A stretch of DNA of 64,000 bases from Klebsormidium nitens (lineage: Eukaryota > Plantae > Klebsormidiophyceae), in assembly GCA_000708835.1 (NCBI GenBank), contig DF237439.1:1-64000 (forward strand), given 5' to 3'. The position numbers were made by a program, and so were the translations under genes. The notes under the pieces were generated by a model, which worked only from the letters and a program-made list of their open reading frames with translations, was not told where the DNA came from and made no database searches. Shown here one piece after another: positions 31,334 through 44,300 of this stretch (its first letter is position 1; each line of letters starts with the position of its first letter).

Positions 31334-34300
31334 TTACTCGTCTGCTGCGCTTGCTTGATTGAGATCTTTCTCGCTCAAATCCAGAATCTGCACACGAACC
31401 AGAAGCACCCCAGTTTGCATCAGCTATGACAGCGAACAGATCGAGTTCTTCAATCAATTGGTTACGGCAGAGCATACACTTGGAACGACTTGTTTGACGT
31501 TTATTGAGCACGCATCTGTTGCAAAGCAAAGCCCTTGAACGATTCTTGCAAGAGCAACGGCAGGGTTTACATCTGTTGAAAACGCGGTTTGCAAAACACA
31601 GCGTCGTCACCAGGCCCACCTTTCCAGTAATCCTGGTATACATGCTCAGCACATCCTCCACAGTGGTTTCGAAGTGGGTCGTCGGGTCGTAGCTCTGCAT
31701 GTGCGCCAGTGTCAAATCAGAAAAAAGATCTCTCAAGGAGCAACCGACCGTAGAAATGTGTCGGGACAAAGTCTTTCAGTCAAGCCATTGTGGTAATGTG
31801 TCAAAACGCAACCAACACAAGCCTTGCTCCTGTTCATAGAGTTGAGTTTATAAAAGCGAACCCAGTGCATCGGATCCATCCTTGTAACAGCGAACAGCGT
31901 ATCCACTGACCACAAGCTTGACATCGATAGGCATGTCAATTTCCAACTGCTCTTCCAAGGTGCAAACTGCCAAGGATTCCTGTGGAACGTCGACCATCAA
32001 TCTGACCTTTCATTATTTCTCCGTGTATCACGTTTAGACGTGTATCAACCAAACCCCTTTTCGCAGTTGAAAAAGTGACCACCCCTCTCTTCACAAGCCA
32101 CCGAAAAAAGCATTGAAGCACATCAAAAGCATTCCTTCCGATCTTGCATGGAGCAAATAACGCAACCATTGTACCTACCTTGGAGATGTAGCAGTTGTCG
32201 TGACTCCCGCTCTCCAGCGGCTCGTACGTGTCGTAAATGTCGAAGATCTGTTCGTCCACCTGCCCCAACAGCTTCAAGCCGGGGGCCAGCTCAGCTTCCG
32301 GCCGGTCCTGACAATTTGAGAAGAATGACGTCAGCAGAGGAGCCTAGAGCAGCTGACAATGACGTCAGCGAAGGGGACGACCAGCGAGGCTGTCTTGAAA
32401 TGATTACAACAGAAGGGCATATGCCTCTGCTCCTGGACACCTCAGAAAACCTATCGAACAGATGGGCTAGAGGAGCGTTTGAAGTCTCTAGTTTTGAATT
32501 AGCTTTCGTCTAACGACAATAGACCATGCTAGTAGCTTTCCAGACGTCTTCTAGGTTCCAAGCATCCAGAGCGGTCTGATCTCCCAGAGCCGATAACGAA
32601 AGCGGCAAGGAGTCGTCTGACCGGAGACGGTCCTCACCGTTTCTGCAGTGGTGGTGACGAAAGCAATGTACTTTCCCTTGGGAGCAACGTTGTGGCTGTA
32701 CGAACAGCAGAAGATGTACCTGTGGTACAAAGAGAGATCTCATAAGCTTTTTACGTAAATAAATGACTGCCGCCAGTGGTATTGACAAGCAAACACCGTC
32801 CGCCTCTTCGAATTGGCGACTTTTTGAAGTGTTCTTCAAGGACTTCAGAGGCTTCTGATGTGCAAAAAAGATTGACCCAATACCGAACCGAAAAATACGG
32901 CCCCAGTGTATGGGCGACCTTTCGACCTGATTTACCTCACCTTTGACTTGTCCAAGCACTTGGAAACACTGATTCTTCCACACCAACAAACTCACGGACG
33001 AAGCAGAATGTGGCATGACCGTATTTTGTTGATGTAACTTCTTGAGATGTACCCTTCCAAAAGATGCATCATACCGAGGATTGATCATAAGCCTGCATCT
33101 CGGGACAGTACAGACGTCGGAAGCAAGCTTTGGTCGTGCTCAATAATCACAACGAAAAACCAGCTTACATGTCGGACTTCCTGTTGAGCTGTTTCTGCGG
33201 GAGGATAATCTGGACGGACGCCGAGTCGTTCGTGTTCGGGACCGGGTGGCTCATGATGCAGATTGCTCGCACCACCTTTCCACTCTTCGCAATCTGTTGC
33301 AGAACGACTATGTCAGCTGACAAGTGGCCCTCTTCTTCCCAACTGGTTGGCACATCGAAACTAAATATGGGCGTTGCGCATAACAGAAGCATCATAGTAA
33401 CCCCTTCTTAGTAGCTTCCACGCTTTATGTGCCAGCTGCAAGTGGTACCGTATTCCGATGCTCTGTGTGTGTCTATGTGTCCTATGTCCAGCTTCTGTTG
33501 TTGTCACTTTCGGTGGATCAATCTAGTCGCAGCAAAAGCTTGACATAAGCACAAGGGGGAAGCGTAAACTGCAAACAGGCTTGAAACCCCGGCCCTTTCT
33601 TGTGTCAGAAAACGCTTCGAGGCCGAGCTGGCAAAGTTGAAGGCTCACCTTGCCCGGGAAGTAGCTAGGGTCCCCTACGACCTTTTTGCACTTCGCCGTC
33701 TCCCCCTCCGAGCTCACGCCAATCGCCTTGCCACTGTCGTCAAACACGACCTTGGCGTCTGGCTTTGCGAGCATGTACGTTCCACCATAGACGGCGCTCA
33801 GGCGAGCAAAACCCTGAAACAAAACAGCGTGCAAAGTTGGAGAGACGAAGCGGAAATCAGAAAAAGCGGTCTAATGAAAGGTCGCGTATGTGCAAAGCAG
33901 AATTCACGAAAAATACAACTGTGACAAATTTGACCAATGAGTGTCAGGCAGAGAACTAAGAACATTGGATGTCCAAGGGCCGCCACTCCTTACCTGCGGA
34001 AGCTCGCCCAGCCCATACAGAGGGTAGATGTATGGCGACCCGCCCCCGAAGCGCAGCAAGGACTCAGCGTATAACTGCATAGAGTTGAGGACCCTTACAG
34101 GTGAAGATGAAACCTTTTTCACAAGAGACCAGGAGAGTAGCCATTCCGCAAATCCACCGGTTCAATGAAGCGAGGCCGTGAACGGTTCGGAGAAGACAAA
34201 AAATTTGGAGACTGCAGAAGTCCCAGACTGTGTTGGTTGATCAAGCACTCAAATGGTGAGGGTTGGTGATATCACAAAGCAACATGCAGATCAAGAACAG

Positions 34301-36900
34301 CATAATGATTTGCGGCAAAAAGCACAACTTTCTGGTCAGGTGCTCTTGCGCAAACGACACTTGAAAACACAACCGCGTTGCAAAAGCGCCAAAGCCAAGC
34401 ATGCCGTGTTGATTGCAAGCATGCAGTGCTCTGCAGCCGTACCTTCATCCTGAGGACTAAGTCCAAGGCAGGAGCGTTGTAGAACGATTCGTCCCGGTAG
34501 AGCGCCAGAGCGTGGCCAACAAACTGGATGACCTCGTCAGACAGACTATACTTCCTGCAGGGTAAAGCGTTTCACTTTAGGAGCGCAGGGTTGGTTCCAT
34601 AAGTGGTTATATTGATTGGTTCTAACCAGAGCACGATTCTTCTGGTGTTTCAACAAAGAGCCATTTAAGATTCCCCTTGAAGTTAGACAAGGCAAAAAAA
34701 ACTAGAGGCAGGCGAGCAATTGGCAGCCAGTCTGCTTTCAGAAACTCGCTAAGGAGTGTGCATAACTTGTTAGTGCTTGTTACAAGAGCTCCTTGTTGAC
34801 TTACTCGAAGAACTCCCTTGCAGTCAATTTCCGCAAGTCAAGGCCATCATGTGTCTTGGGGTCGTTCTCTTCGTAGTCTTGCACGTAGACGAAGAACTTC
34901 TTTGCACGGAACTTCTCGAAGAAGCCCAGCAGTGACGACTTCAGCGCCTCTACATCAGTAGCCGGGACCTTGTAGATCTGCAAGCAACACATATTATAAT
35001 AAGACGAGGAGAATAGAGTATGAGAGGGACCCTTTGAAATCCAAATTCTGAATCCTTGCCAAAGCGGTCCGACTCTGTGCTATAAGTTCGCCTCAAGGAC
35101 GAGCCCTTAGCAGCTCCACACAATTCAATTGACCAGATGAACAGAGCATGCTTTGGGGGGCACCTCTTTCCTTTCGGTTCGATGGCCGGTGAGCGGATAG
35201 AGAGCACCGTAGGGCGCAATTAGCAGACTTTCCAGAACTTTCCAAAAAATTAGCGTAAACAGCTAATCTTTGATACAGTTTATTTCGTCAATTCCAGACA
35301 AGATGAACACGGCTTCTGTGAAGTTTCCTAGAAAGTTTACATACAATTTCATTCGACAACCAGACCATCTTGGCATGGATGCTTTACAAACTTCTTCAGT
35401 CCTAGCCAGAATGGAGCGCTCCAAGACTTTGTCATTGAGATAAGTCAACCGCTTACCTTCCCCTTGTTTAGCACGTAGCTCCCATCAACGGCCTTGAATT
35501 GCAGATACTTGGTGACATCCGTGTGGATAAGGACTCGTACAAGCTGTCCATTGGCCATCATGAACTGCGAGAAAATCGTTTCCAGAAGAGTTGGGACTCC
35601 AGGAGGCTGAGTTTTGTTGACTGAAGGTTTCCAGCATGACCATAAGTTGCTCCTCTTACCATGCAGCACGTGCGGCTTCGAAGCGCCGCACAGAGTCACT
35701 ACATCATTCAGTCAAAAATAAGTGGTCACAAGGAGGTACAGATAACTTTTTCCAAAGCAGCACCACCCTAAGAGGATGAGATTTGGACACAAGTTCCTTT
35801 GCTTCCTCAAATATATATGAATGTAGCAAAGTCGCAAGTTTCATGGCTTGGGAGTTTCTGCATGGTCATTCGACCTGCGCTTGAGAAAGTGGTTGACAAC
35901 AGGAACAGCTCTTTCCACGGGTAAGTTACCCTAGAGGTTGGTAATCATGATAGGTAGGAGCATTTCTTTTCCTTGTCAGGCTCTATTGATTGCAACAAAA
36001 GGATACGTAGAGCCCCTCACCTTCGGAACAAGGTCAATGTTGTAATCCCTTGCAGAGCCCAAACTCGCTGGAGGCTCATCCTCTCCCTTGAACTTCTTCC
36101 AGAACTGCATGGATCAGAGCAATCGATGCTGCTGTCAGCTGGAAATTTGGTGAGCGGAGTTTATAACAACTTTCCTTCAGAAGTGGTGTAACGGGAGATA
36201 CACGTTTGGGGGTCAAACATCAGCACAGACAAGTCCCCAGGTGTCTGCGGAGGTGATGCTTTTTGAACAACCTATAGAGGGCCATTTCACATCTGCCACA
36301 CAATCCTGAAGTTACGTATGCCCTAAACATATTGGGGTCCTGACTGACCTGCTTCAGGGTGAGCGATGCAGATTCACCGCCGTAGTAGTCATTCCTATCC
36401 ATGTGCAACACCTGTGTCAAATAAAGTAGCTCGTCAGTGAGTGTGCGCCATGACAAACCCCGAAAGTTGACCACTTTTGCAACCATAAGCTTCTTGCATT
36501 CAGGGTTTTACGAGTGACGCAGGGCCGACTTCTCAAGCAGCGGCGATCCGCCCTTCATTTTGATTTTACTTTCAAAACCAACGATCCTCAGAGAAGGCGA
36601 CGTCCCAAGTCCCAAACCCTTGCAAATGTAAATTACTCGCATGCAGATTGAAAGCCATAATCTACATGTTGTTTCTAGAGTAACTACACACGATGAGACA
36701 AGAATCTTTTTGAGTGTGCTGGTGTAGTCAGCCTAAACACTCCAGCTCCTCGCTAGTGCATTCCACTTCTTGCTTGTCATTTAACATGCTAAAATTGCGG
36801 CAAGCACTCGTACCTTGAGACCATCGACGGAGAGCAAGCCGCTGATGATGCATTCTTTCAGCCCCGTGCCAAGCACAATGACATCGTACTCCTCATCCAT
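31334..36900 (-). CDS. GDI: Rab GDP dissociation inhibitor, 13 coding exons
   Basis: [29 protein letters not shown] (36900-36814), [17 protein letters not shown] (36411-36349), [105 protein letters not shown]; all junctions GT-AG. Confidence 0.96.
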
Positions 36901-38311
36901 GCCTGCAGTTGTTTCAAAATCTGAGACAATAGAACATGAATTGGTATGCTTGCATCCCTTGCAGAATGTGAGAACAAAACATCAGCAGCATGACAAAAGT
37001 TTTCCAGGTTTCTGCAAGGTCTGGCTTTCATCAGTCACGGTCTTCAATTCTGCTTCAAGTACTGCACAATCCATGCAAGTCCCAAAACTCCATTCTGTAG
37101 GATATTTGATAGGCTCAAGGATCAGCTAGTGACCAGGTCGTCAGTAGTCTCCACAATCGCAAACCCGTCTGCCAGTACCAGAACCTTTGCAAGCAATTGC
37201 TTGGATGGGAGCACAAATCTGCTGCTACAAGACCCCAATTCAGCGCTCATCCTTGCCTCCTTACCCGCCGACAAGCTGGCAGAGCTGTCTGGCGTGTCTG
37301 GGGAGCTCCTGCGCTTCTCCTAGTCCACCCAGGCCAGCAATTGGCGTCCTCCACCACGCTAGCTAGCTGCGCTCAGCGTCAGATCTCGTCTTTCTAGACA
37401 GCAATCAGAAAGCTAGGGTTTCATGCAGCATGTATGCATGATCCTTTTTCTTCAACTTCAGATGCTAATATTGACAGCGGTCGTCAAGCGGAAAATTCGG
37501 TTAGGTGATCTGACCATGCACTCTGCAATCAGTCTCCGGTATACGGTATGTAAGACATTCTGTTCCGAGGCTCAGATCTGTGCCCAGGGTGAGAGCCTGA
37601 TCCTGCCCCGGATAGTCCTTCAAATCCGGAAGAGGTTTTCACAGATCTCAAGAAGTGGTGCTGGCGCGGAGCAAGCTTGTTGGTGGAAGTCAAAATGACT
37701 CTGTGTTAGAGCCGCTGTAGCTTCAACAAACTCTTCAGACTTTGTCAAAGGTGCTCAGAGCTGGCGCCCTTAGCTCAACCAGGAGCTGGGCTTGTTCGCC
37801 TTGCGTGCCTGGGATTGTCTGATTGGGCGCTTCGAAAAAGTGAGCGCTTCGTGGCTATTGTCAGGTTCCTTCTTGCGATACATGAAAGTTACAATTGTGT
37901 CTCTGGCATTGGCCCAAGCTACAAATACTACTACAATGCAAGGAGCCAAAGAAACATTGCTGAAGATGTCGGCTTGCCTCTAACAGTGGCGCAACTTTCA
38001 CACTGTGAACAAATGAGTTTGGGGATGGTGGCAGCACAGTGGTACTTGAATCATGCTCCTTCCATACATTTCGAAGTGGCTGAGAGCACATCAAGATAAA
38101 TTCTGATCCTCTTAAGTGTCCTCGCTGGACTGGTTCAAAGGAGTTGCACATGTAACTTGGACTGGGGCAGAGTGTAACGAAATGCTGGTTGATTACTTCA
38201 GAGCGTATACTGACAGCCCAAGCAATGCCACAAAGTGAGTGATTAGGAAGTGCACTTGGGTTTTTGGACGGAGAGGACTCTAAACGAAGTCTGATCACGC
38301 CTCTAGTTACG

Positions 38312-41300
38312 ATGGACAACAAACTCGTAGGCTACCTTCTGCTAGTCCTGAAAGCGAAAGAGAACTTGCCCCGGCGCAGCCTCATAGGGCAATTGTGTGC
38401 CATTCATGGAAAGGGCCGCCAAACAGTGCTCAAAACGGAGAGCGGAGTGGCGCTGGTTCCATTGACTGAGGAGTGCGAGCAAGAGGAAAGAAGCGCGGAT
38501 CAGAATGTAGCAGAGGTGCCCCTGGAGGAACTAGGTGCGGATGGGATTAGTGCCGAGGTGTTGGGGTCCGCTGCTGGGGGCCTGGCAGAGGGGCATTTGT
38601 CCCCCTCTAAAAGAAAGCACCCTGGGAACAAGCAGGGCAGTGCAAAGAAAACGAAATTGGAAGGAGCGAAGAGTCCTCGATCAGTTGGGGGCGTGGGCAA
38701 GAAGAAGAAGGAAGGACAGGCAAAGAGTGGTGAGTTCAGATATAAGTTAGTGTTCTAGCCGTGTGCAAATCCCTATTCTGAGAGTCTACTCTTGCTCTTT
38801 GGTTCCTTTTGGGTTGATTGAAGGGTGCTCAACATCACCATTGCGTCAGCAGACCTTTCAAGATGTTCCCTGCTGTCTGGGACTCGTGAGCCTTCCGAGT
38901 CCTTTGCTCGCTTGCACTGACCTCAGACTCTGAAGTCCTGGGAGTGCTTGTTTGTTTGATCACTTGCGAATCACATATGCGGTTTCTCCACCCCCCCCCC
39001 CCCCNTCGCACGCACCACGACGCCNGCNCGCTCACTCCNCNCNCGTCGNNNNNNNNNNNNNNNNNNNNACCTCTAGACTCTGAAGTCCTGGGAGTGCTTG
39101 TTTGTTTGATCACTTGCGAATCACATATGCCGGTTCCTCCACCCCCCCCCCCCCCCCCCCCCACCTTTGCCAGGGACAAAACCCCCCCAGAAGGAGGGCC
39201 TGCTGCAGCACATCCACTCGCTGGCGGCCAAGGAGCGCCTCCACATCCCCGCCTGCGTGGCCGAGGTTCTGGACGTTCCCGTCACCAATGGGAGTGTGCC
39301 ACTTGTCCTCGTCTGCATTGACGTCTACGTCCCTGTTGACATATGGGCGGGCAGGAGAGATTGGCGGGGTGGAGTTTCGGCCATCGCCGTGCTGAGTCAC
39401 CTGCGGTGTGATTGGGAGGCACGGGTGCAGGTGCTAGAAGCGATGGAAAGGGTGGTGGAAGGTGGTGTGAATGCACCCCTGAACGGGGTGGGAACGGGCT
39501 CCAAGACTGTGGAACTAGGCGCGGAGACAGAAAAGCATGAGGATAGGGCAAGAGTGAAGGGAAAGTGGAAAGTAGACAGTTGGAGTGAACTAGAGTCTGT
39601 TAGGCCAAACCTGTTGAACAAACCCGCTGGCGCCCTGATTATCAGAGAACCAGGCACTAACCCTGAGCCTAACCCTGCGCCAACCCAACCCGACCCAACC
39701 CTGGCAGACGCCCCTTCGCTCACTGAGGCTCTCTGCGGAGACTCCCTCTCTCTAGAAGGGGTACAGGAACTTGTCGGAGCGTGCCAATCCTTGGGTTGCC
39801 AGTTGCACCCATCCCCCCCCCGAGACGAAGAAAAGCGCGGTCGCTTCCAAGACGAGAAACGGGCGCGCTTCAACCTTCCTACCCTCTTCCGCTCCCTCCC
39901 AAGCCACTTGGACGAACTAGAGGGGCTCCTCAGCAGGACGACCACTTACATGCTGCCAGGTGGCGCGCCGGCAGGCACCGGGATGTGCGACCTGCCTGAT
40001 GAGGTGCTCATTCTCATCATGGAGAAACTAGGGGCGGCGGAGCTGCAGCGGATGGAGGCGGTGTGCCGCCACACGCGCGCGCTGGGGGCTGCGCTGTTCC
40101 CTAGCATTACGCTGCCGCTGTTTCAGCACCAAAGAGCGGCGGTGAGTTGTTTTCCTGGTCTCACACGAAATCACAGCTTGCCATTATGATGGTTATGTTT
40201 GAACGTCGGGTTTGTTCACAAAGAGCGAGTATGGTAAGAGCAAGATGTGATGGGCTGCCGAATCTTGTTTCAAGTGGGTCCTTGTGTCTAACAAGAGCAA
40301 AGGTTGGAGATCGAGAAAAGTTGAGCATGCTAGTATCAAAGTCTGTTGCCAAGGCCCTTGTGACTTGAGCTGGTTGCACTCCTGTCGTTGTCACCAGCAT
40401 GCCTTACTTCTGTTTGCTTTCCGGCGGTGCAGAGCTTCGAAATTCTGCCAGCCGCATGCATCTATCTTGGAGCAAGCTCAGTCATTTGGGTGCGCCTCTG
40501 CCTAGAGCTCATTCCAAAGTCCCTCAGAACGGACCTGTCATGGTCTGGTTTCATTCCAATTTCAACGCACTTCCTACGTGTTCTCCCCAGGCTCGTTGGA
40601 TGATTGCAAGGGAGCGCAGCCCCAGTACTTTCTCCAACCCCCTCTTCCGGTGCCTCACCTCAGAGGACGGCTTTGCACTGTGGGTTAACCTGGTAACCGG
40701 AGAGGTTTCGGCAGAGGACCCTCCCCCGGTTTTGGACGGCAAGGGGGGACTGATCTGCGACGAGCCGGGAATGGGAAAGACTGCCACGTCACTGGCCGTC
40801 ATCATGAAGACACGTGGGGTCAGGTGAGCAAAGCCGGGCTCGTCTCTGCTTGGCTGAGCTTTTGAAGTGCTTCCAGGCGCTCTGGGACGGTTCTTGAATT
40901 TCTATCTCAGCAGGTGACCTGCAGCTTGAAAATCACTTAAGCGTGGCGCAACGTGTAGGAAAGATGTAAAAGAAGGTGAAAGAAAGTGAGAGAAAGAGGG
41001 CATATTTCTAAGATTCCTGAAATACCTGAAATAAGCGGTTCGTCTCTAAACCTGTGGTACGACGCGGATCGAGACTTGAAAAAACTGGACGGAATAACCG
41101 CAGACCCGCTTTTCTCTGCCTTCCAGATCGGGAGGTCTATCCCCACGTTTCTGACCCCAGAAGCTCTAGCCAGATAGAGAACTCAAAGCTGACTCACCCT
41201 TGTACAGTCGGCCTTCTTTGAAGACCCAGGTAAATAGCGAACCCAGAGTCTGGCTCAAACCCCAAACCTGCTTCGAAATAACGGTTCTGTTACTCAGGAA

Positions 41301-44300
41301 AAACGGCCCACCAGAGCAGCAGAATCAAATTTGCAAGTCACCATTTTCATCAGGTCGTGTATTGCATCTTCATACTCGTAGATTCCGGCTCCTTTCAACA
41401 TCCTAAACCAACTTCAGTGTGCCTCTGCACAAACAGATCGGCTCTTCCGGCAGAGTCGTTGCCCCACCGGAGCACCTTACACGGTTCTGCAGCTAAGGGC
41501 TTGGCGGATGGCCAGTCCAGACTTTTGTCCCTATAGCTCCAGAACTCAGACATGACCTCTGTTTTAAAAGATGGTTCTGTCGCTTCCTGTGCAGGGCTGT
41601 CGGACCGTCAGAATACCCCAAGTGGTTCTGCAAGTTCGAGGGCATGGCAGACGGCCAGGCGGGTTACTACGTCCTCCCTGGAAACGCGCTTGTCCGCCAC
41701 TCGGGTTCGGCCAACCGCAGCTCTAGGAGCCGTCAGTCCGTGAAGCTTGCACCGGAGACGCCCAATGCCGAGCTGCCACGTGGCAGGCTCATGTCGGACT
41801 TGAAGGCCGCCAGCGAGCCGGTCATGGGGAAGAAGGAACGAGAGGAGCGGTCGGGTTTGGAAGGGGTTCGGCGGGCGTTGTTTTCTGAGGGGAAAGGCGG
41901 GGAAAGAAGGGAGAAGAAGACCGACGGGGCCGTCGACTTTGAAGAGGTTGGGCGGATGGGGTTGGAAGCGGAGGTTGTGGGAAGTTTTGGACCGGGCTCG
42001 GAACCTCGAAAGCGGGGCAAGGATGTGACCAAGTTTCCCTCGATCTCTGGCGACGCGGTTCAGTCTGGTAGGGGGTTTGGTGCGCCTGCTGGTTCCTACC
42101 CCCTGAAAGAGGAGCCGTGCACCCCCCCTCGAATCGCGAAGGAAGCAATTGAGGCGGAGACGAGCGCAACAAAGAGGAGGCGAACGGAGTGTGCCGGACG
42201 GGACGAAGCCGGCGAACGGGTCCGGACGCCTGAAGGGTTGGTTCAAGAGCGGGTTGAGCAGCGGAAAACGAAGGGTTTGGGTTCCAATGGGGTGGACGAA
42301 GGGTTCAAAAGCGTTCGGTTTTTGGACGACCTGGATCAAGCTGGGGAGGAGGCGTGGCGGTGGGATGACGTGGACGAGGGATGTAATCGTATTCGTTCGA
42401 TGAGTGAGTTTAACGATGGCTCGAATGCGGAGGGGGGGGAGGAGTGGCGATCGGACGGGGTTGACCAGGGTTTCAAGGCGGTGCGCTCTCTTTCGGCGGT
42501 GGTTAGCAGCGGGGTTAGGAAGGGTAACGTCAAACATCAAAGGGGGGAGAGCAATCCGACTGAGGCAAAGAGGTCAGGCAAAGAAAGGGCGCAGTGCAAA
42601 GAAGAGAGTGGTCAAAACGGTGGGTCGACGGCGGAGATCGTTTTTGGCGAAGAGCCCGGAATGTCAGGCCAGTGTTTTGGGGGGGCGAAGTCGGAAAAGG
42701 CTCGAGCGAAGCAAACAAAGCGAACAAAGCTCCGAGAGCTTGCCGAGGTGCTGCGGCGAATGGAGTCCCTGGAGGAACGGAGGCGCCAGTTTGCGCGAAG
42801 TGGCCTGAGCAACGGGGGTCAGGGTTGCGGAACAGACCCGGAATCTACCGAGCGGGGCACGGAAGCGAGTTCCGAAGGCGGAAGCGGCCTCCAGCAACGT
42901 GAAGGCGGGCTGTCGGGGAATCACGCTGAGCGTGGGATCGATCCGGACAGCTGTCGGAGCTTTGGACGCTTTTTGGACGGTTCGGTCGGCCACGAATGGA
43001 GCGTTGGGTGCGGGACTGCGGAGGCGGACACGGAGCGCTCCTCCCGTCTAAACGGCGGCTTCAACTCTCACGATGTTGGCGGAAAGGGTAATTCGTTCCC
43101 TGGTCTCGGGCAATCGGAGCGAGCGCTTGACGAGTTGCCAATAGACCTGCGTACTCCGGAGCGTCCCAACAACGCCCCCGAGTGTAGCCCGTCCCCTTTC
43201 GGGGGCCCAGAAGAAGAAGCGGTTTGGCAGCCTCGCACGCACACAGCCCCTAAAAGATTCAAGAAAGGGGCATCGCTGCTCGACTCTGCAGAAAGAGAAG
43301 GCGGAAGAAAGCCTCGTCACAGGCGGAGCATTCTTTCGGATATTTCGGACGGTGAGTGGGGCGGTTCGGATGCTGACCAGGGGCGTGCGGACGGTGACAC
43401 GGGGAATTTGGACGTTGCTCGGAAGAGCTTGGACCGTGGTCGCGACGATCCGGACGCCGCTTGGGGTCGTTCGGACATCGCTCGACAGAGCTCGGAGGGT
43501 AGGCAAGAAGATCTGCACGCTCCTGAAAAGAGTTCGGACACTGCTCGGGGGTGGTTGGACGTGGCTCAGGGAGGTTTGGACACAGCCCGGGGGTCTTCGG
43601 ACACTGCTCGAGGGAGTTTGGAAGCCGCTCGAGGGGGTTTGGACGCCGCTCGTGGGAGTTTGGACGCTGTTCCCAGGCGTTCGGACCCTTCCCCCGGACG
43701 TTCGGAGGTTGCCGCGGGGCGTTCGGACGCTGGCGCGGGGCGGTCGGATATCAAAGCAGAGCGTTTGGACGAAGGCGCGGCTTGTTCGGACGCTTTTGGA
43801 AATGGTGCGGACGATGATGGGAAGGAAACGGACGCGGAGAGTGAGGGGCAGCTAGAGAGCGAGTGGGTGGAGTGTGAGGCATGCCACAAATGGCGGCGGC
43901 TGCCCCCTGGGTGCCCTCGTCCCCCTGAGGACAGCCCCTGGTTTTGCAGCATGAACAAGGACCCGCTGCGACAGGTAAGCGGATGTTCTCTGGTTTCAGA
44001 GGCTTTGAGGCAGAGCCCCACGGGGAATCTAGAGGCAAACATGGAAAGCTATCTCTAATATTCGTTGTCTTGCTTCAAGGTTGATGTGTAAGCGATTAGC
44101 AGAAGGAACCCGCAGAAACGTGCGAAAACGTCTGAGGTGCACAGCTCAAAGGACGGGAGTGTCAGGATTCTCAAAAACGGACAACAAACCACCGTGCAAC
44201 CATACTGGACTTTTTCTGCGATTCAGAATCATTCTTGAGAACTGCGAGTTGCAAAGGGGAGGACCTTCGGTAACATGACTTGCTTAGGTTCTCGCTTACT

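Noticed and set aside
31329-33088. Stand-alone ORFs (146, 113 and 192 aa) including a Cys-rich stretch
   Set aside because: They are GDI exons read through into introns or in alternative frames.
38925-39165. Duplicated segment as a biological repeat
   Set aside because: It flanks Ns and long poly-C runs, so it is likely a gap-filling or overlap artefact.
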